Assembly: GCA_963774265.1 (NCBI GenBank)
Contig: CAVZDU010000002.1
Location: 288,001 to 352,000 of the forward strand
DNA from: an uncultured Chloroflexia bacterium
Lineage (GTDB): Bacteria > Chloroflexota > Anaerolineae > CG2-30-64-16
Direction of reading: 5' to 3'
Length of the DNA stretch: 64,000 bases
Shown here: positions 62,601-64,000 of the stretch, one piece after another
Layout of the letters: the number at the start of each line of letters is the position of its first letter
Position numbering within the stretch: position 1 is the stretch's first letter
Notes under the pieces: model-generated
What the model was told of the DNA's origin: nothing
Database searches by the model: none
What the model saw: the letters and a program-made list of their open reading frames with translations, nothing else
Position numbers and translations under genes: made by a program

Positions 62601-64000
62601 CCAGCAGCCTGGGCAACACCGATTACACTCCGACCTACACCGCTGCGCTGGACGCGTTGGGCCTGACCTATGACGTGTTTGGATGCTGACGCCTATGCCG
62701 GCGCCCTGGCGGATTTCCTTCCCGAGGCGACCGTCCTGTCGCAGTACAAGGCGATCGTCTACCAGACCGGCGACAATTACTACCCGAATGGCAGCTTCAC
62801 GGTGCCGACACCGCTCACCACCCGCGACATGGACCGATTGGTGGAATACGCCAATGGTGGCGGGCACATCATCGCCTTCGGCCAGGACCTGGCCTCCGTC
62901 ACCGCCTCCAACCGAAATGACGGCAACGAAACGATTTTCTACGATTTCACCCTGGGTGCAGACTACCTGCAGGACAGCGTCAATGCTGAGCAGGTCTTCA
63001 CCGACACGGTGCAGCTTCTGACGGGCCTGCCCGATAGTCCGTTCTCCGACACCAGCTTCGATATCAGCGCCATGGGTGACGGCGCCGGCAACCAGGGTTA
63101 TGTCGACGAGGTCACCAAGATCAAGGTCGTTATGGCTGCGACGGCCCGGACACGCCCGATCTGTGCCGTGATCAGTACCGTCCGCTGCTGAAGTACGCTC
63201 CGGGCGGCGAGTTCGTAGACCAGGGCTACGTGGCAATGGCGCACCGCGATCAGCCCACGCTGGAGCGCCCCGGCACGACGTTTAAGGGCACCGGCATCTA
63301 CTTCGCCTTCGGCCTCGAGGGTGTGAACAACGACACGGGCTTCAACACCCGTGAGGATCTGCTGGGCTCTGCGCTGAATTGGACGTGGGATGAGCCAGAG
63401 GGCTCGATCACGGCGACCCCGGCCATGCCGGGACAGCGTTACCATGTTCACCGCGGACGTGATGTCCGAATTCGGCGGTGACGGCGTGACCTATCGCTGG
63501 GACTTCGGCGATGGCTCGCCGTTTACCAATGCGTACACGAGCGCAACGGCAGGGCACACTTACGCCAAGTCGGGCGTCTACATCGTGCGCGTCGAAATCA
63601 CCAACGAGCTCGGCACGAGGATCATCGTCGAGACAACCGTTCGAATTGGCTTGTCGACTATCGTCTACCTGCCGTTCATCGCCCAGAACTACACTTCACC
63701 GGAATTGCTGGACCTGACCATCCTGCACACCAACGACTTCCATGCGCGCATCGATGAGTTCGATGTGGGAGGCGCCACATGCACAACGGCGACCAACTGC
63801 ATCGGCGGTTACTCGCGCCTGGCGACCCTGGTGGATGGAATTCGCGCCGAGACGCCGAATGTCTTGCTCGTGGACGCAGGCGACCAATTCCAGGGCACGC
63901 TCTACTACAACCTCTTCAAGTCCGAAGTCGTCGCCCAAATGATGAACACCGTGGGTTATGACGCGATGACGGTCGGCAACCATGAATTCGATGACGGCCC
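59609..64000 (+). CDS. Large secreted multidomain protein: S8 peptidase (Vpr-like) + PA + DUF4397-like + PKD + 5'-nucleotidase/metallophosphoesterase; several frameshifts; 3'-partial
   Basis: MDGG / HGTHTAS / GTSMAAPH triad; IQRGTCEF..K..NA (PA); VRFVHASPDAP.VD (DUF4397); YRWDFGDG (PKD); TILHTNDFH, DAGDQFQG and GNHEFD in frame with the PKD domain. Confidence 0.8.

Noticed and set aside
1-64000. Complete DGR cassette, CRISPR array, rRNA or tRNA genes
   Set aside because: I saw no RT motifs, no near-duplicate of the FGE 3' end, no regularly spaced repeats and no cloverleaf or rRNA signatures in the window.

Overview
GC-rich bacterial window, most likely Chloroflexota (Anaerolineae/Caldilineae-like). 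This is inferred from the long-form SRP RNA, the recurrent YLPxI motif in secreted proteins and the gene repertoire. Many single-base frameshifts suggest an unpolished long-read assembly. Positions ~1-14,000 are accessory. They hold a minus-strand run of small phage-like genes interleaved with plus-strand cargo (an acetamidase/formamidase cassette and an FGE/C-lectin-fold surface protein with a DGR-target-like 3' end), a dense hairpin cluster, and three insertion sequences with identifiable ends (IS1182-like, IS4-like, and an unclassified 2.6-kb element with a ~835-aa transposase). The strongest unexplained signal is a 5'-truncated SLOG/DprA-like gene at 5351-5623. Its coding strand has zero adenines over 245 nt, and only the stop-codon A over 302 nt, so it encodes only the ten amino acids that can be specified without A. 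It lies tail-to-tail with the putative DGR target, which suggests passage through an adenine-mutagenic reverse transcriptase (none is encoded in this window). Positions ~14,000-64,000 are mostly housekeeping and envelope genes: ABC transporters, deoC, xth, slyD, two M3 oligopeptidases, mltG, a class A PBP, fba, rarD, tryptophanase, a DnaE2-like polymerase, a GT-C glycosyltransferase, SRP RNA, an NfeD/stomatin pair and two divergent multidomain subtilases.
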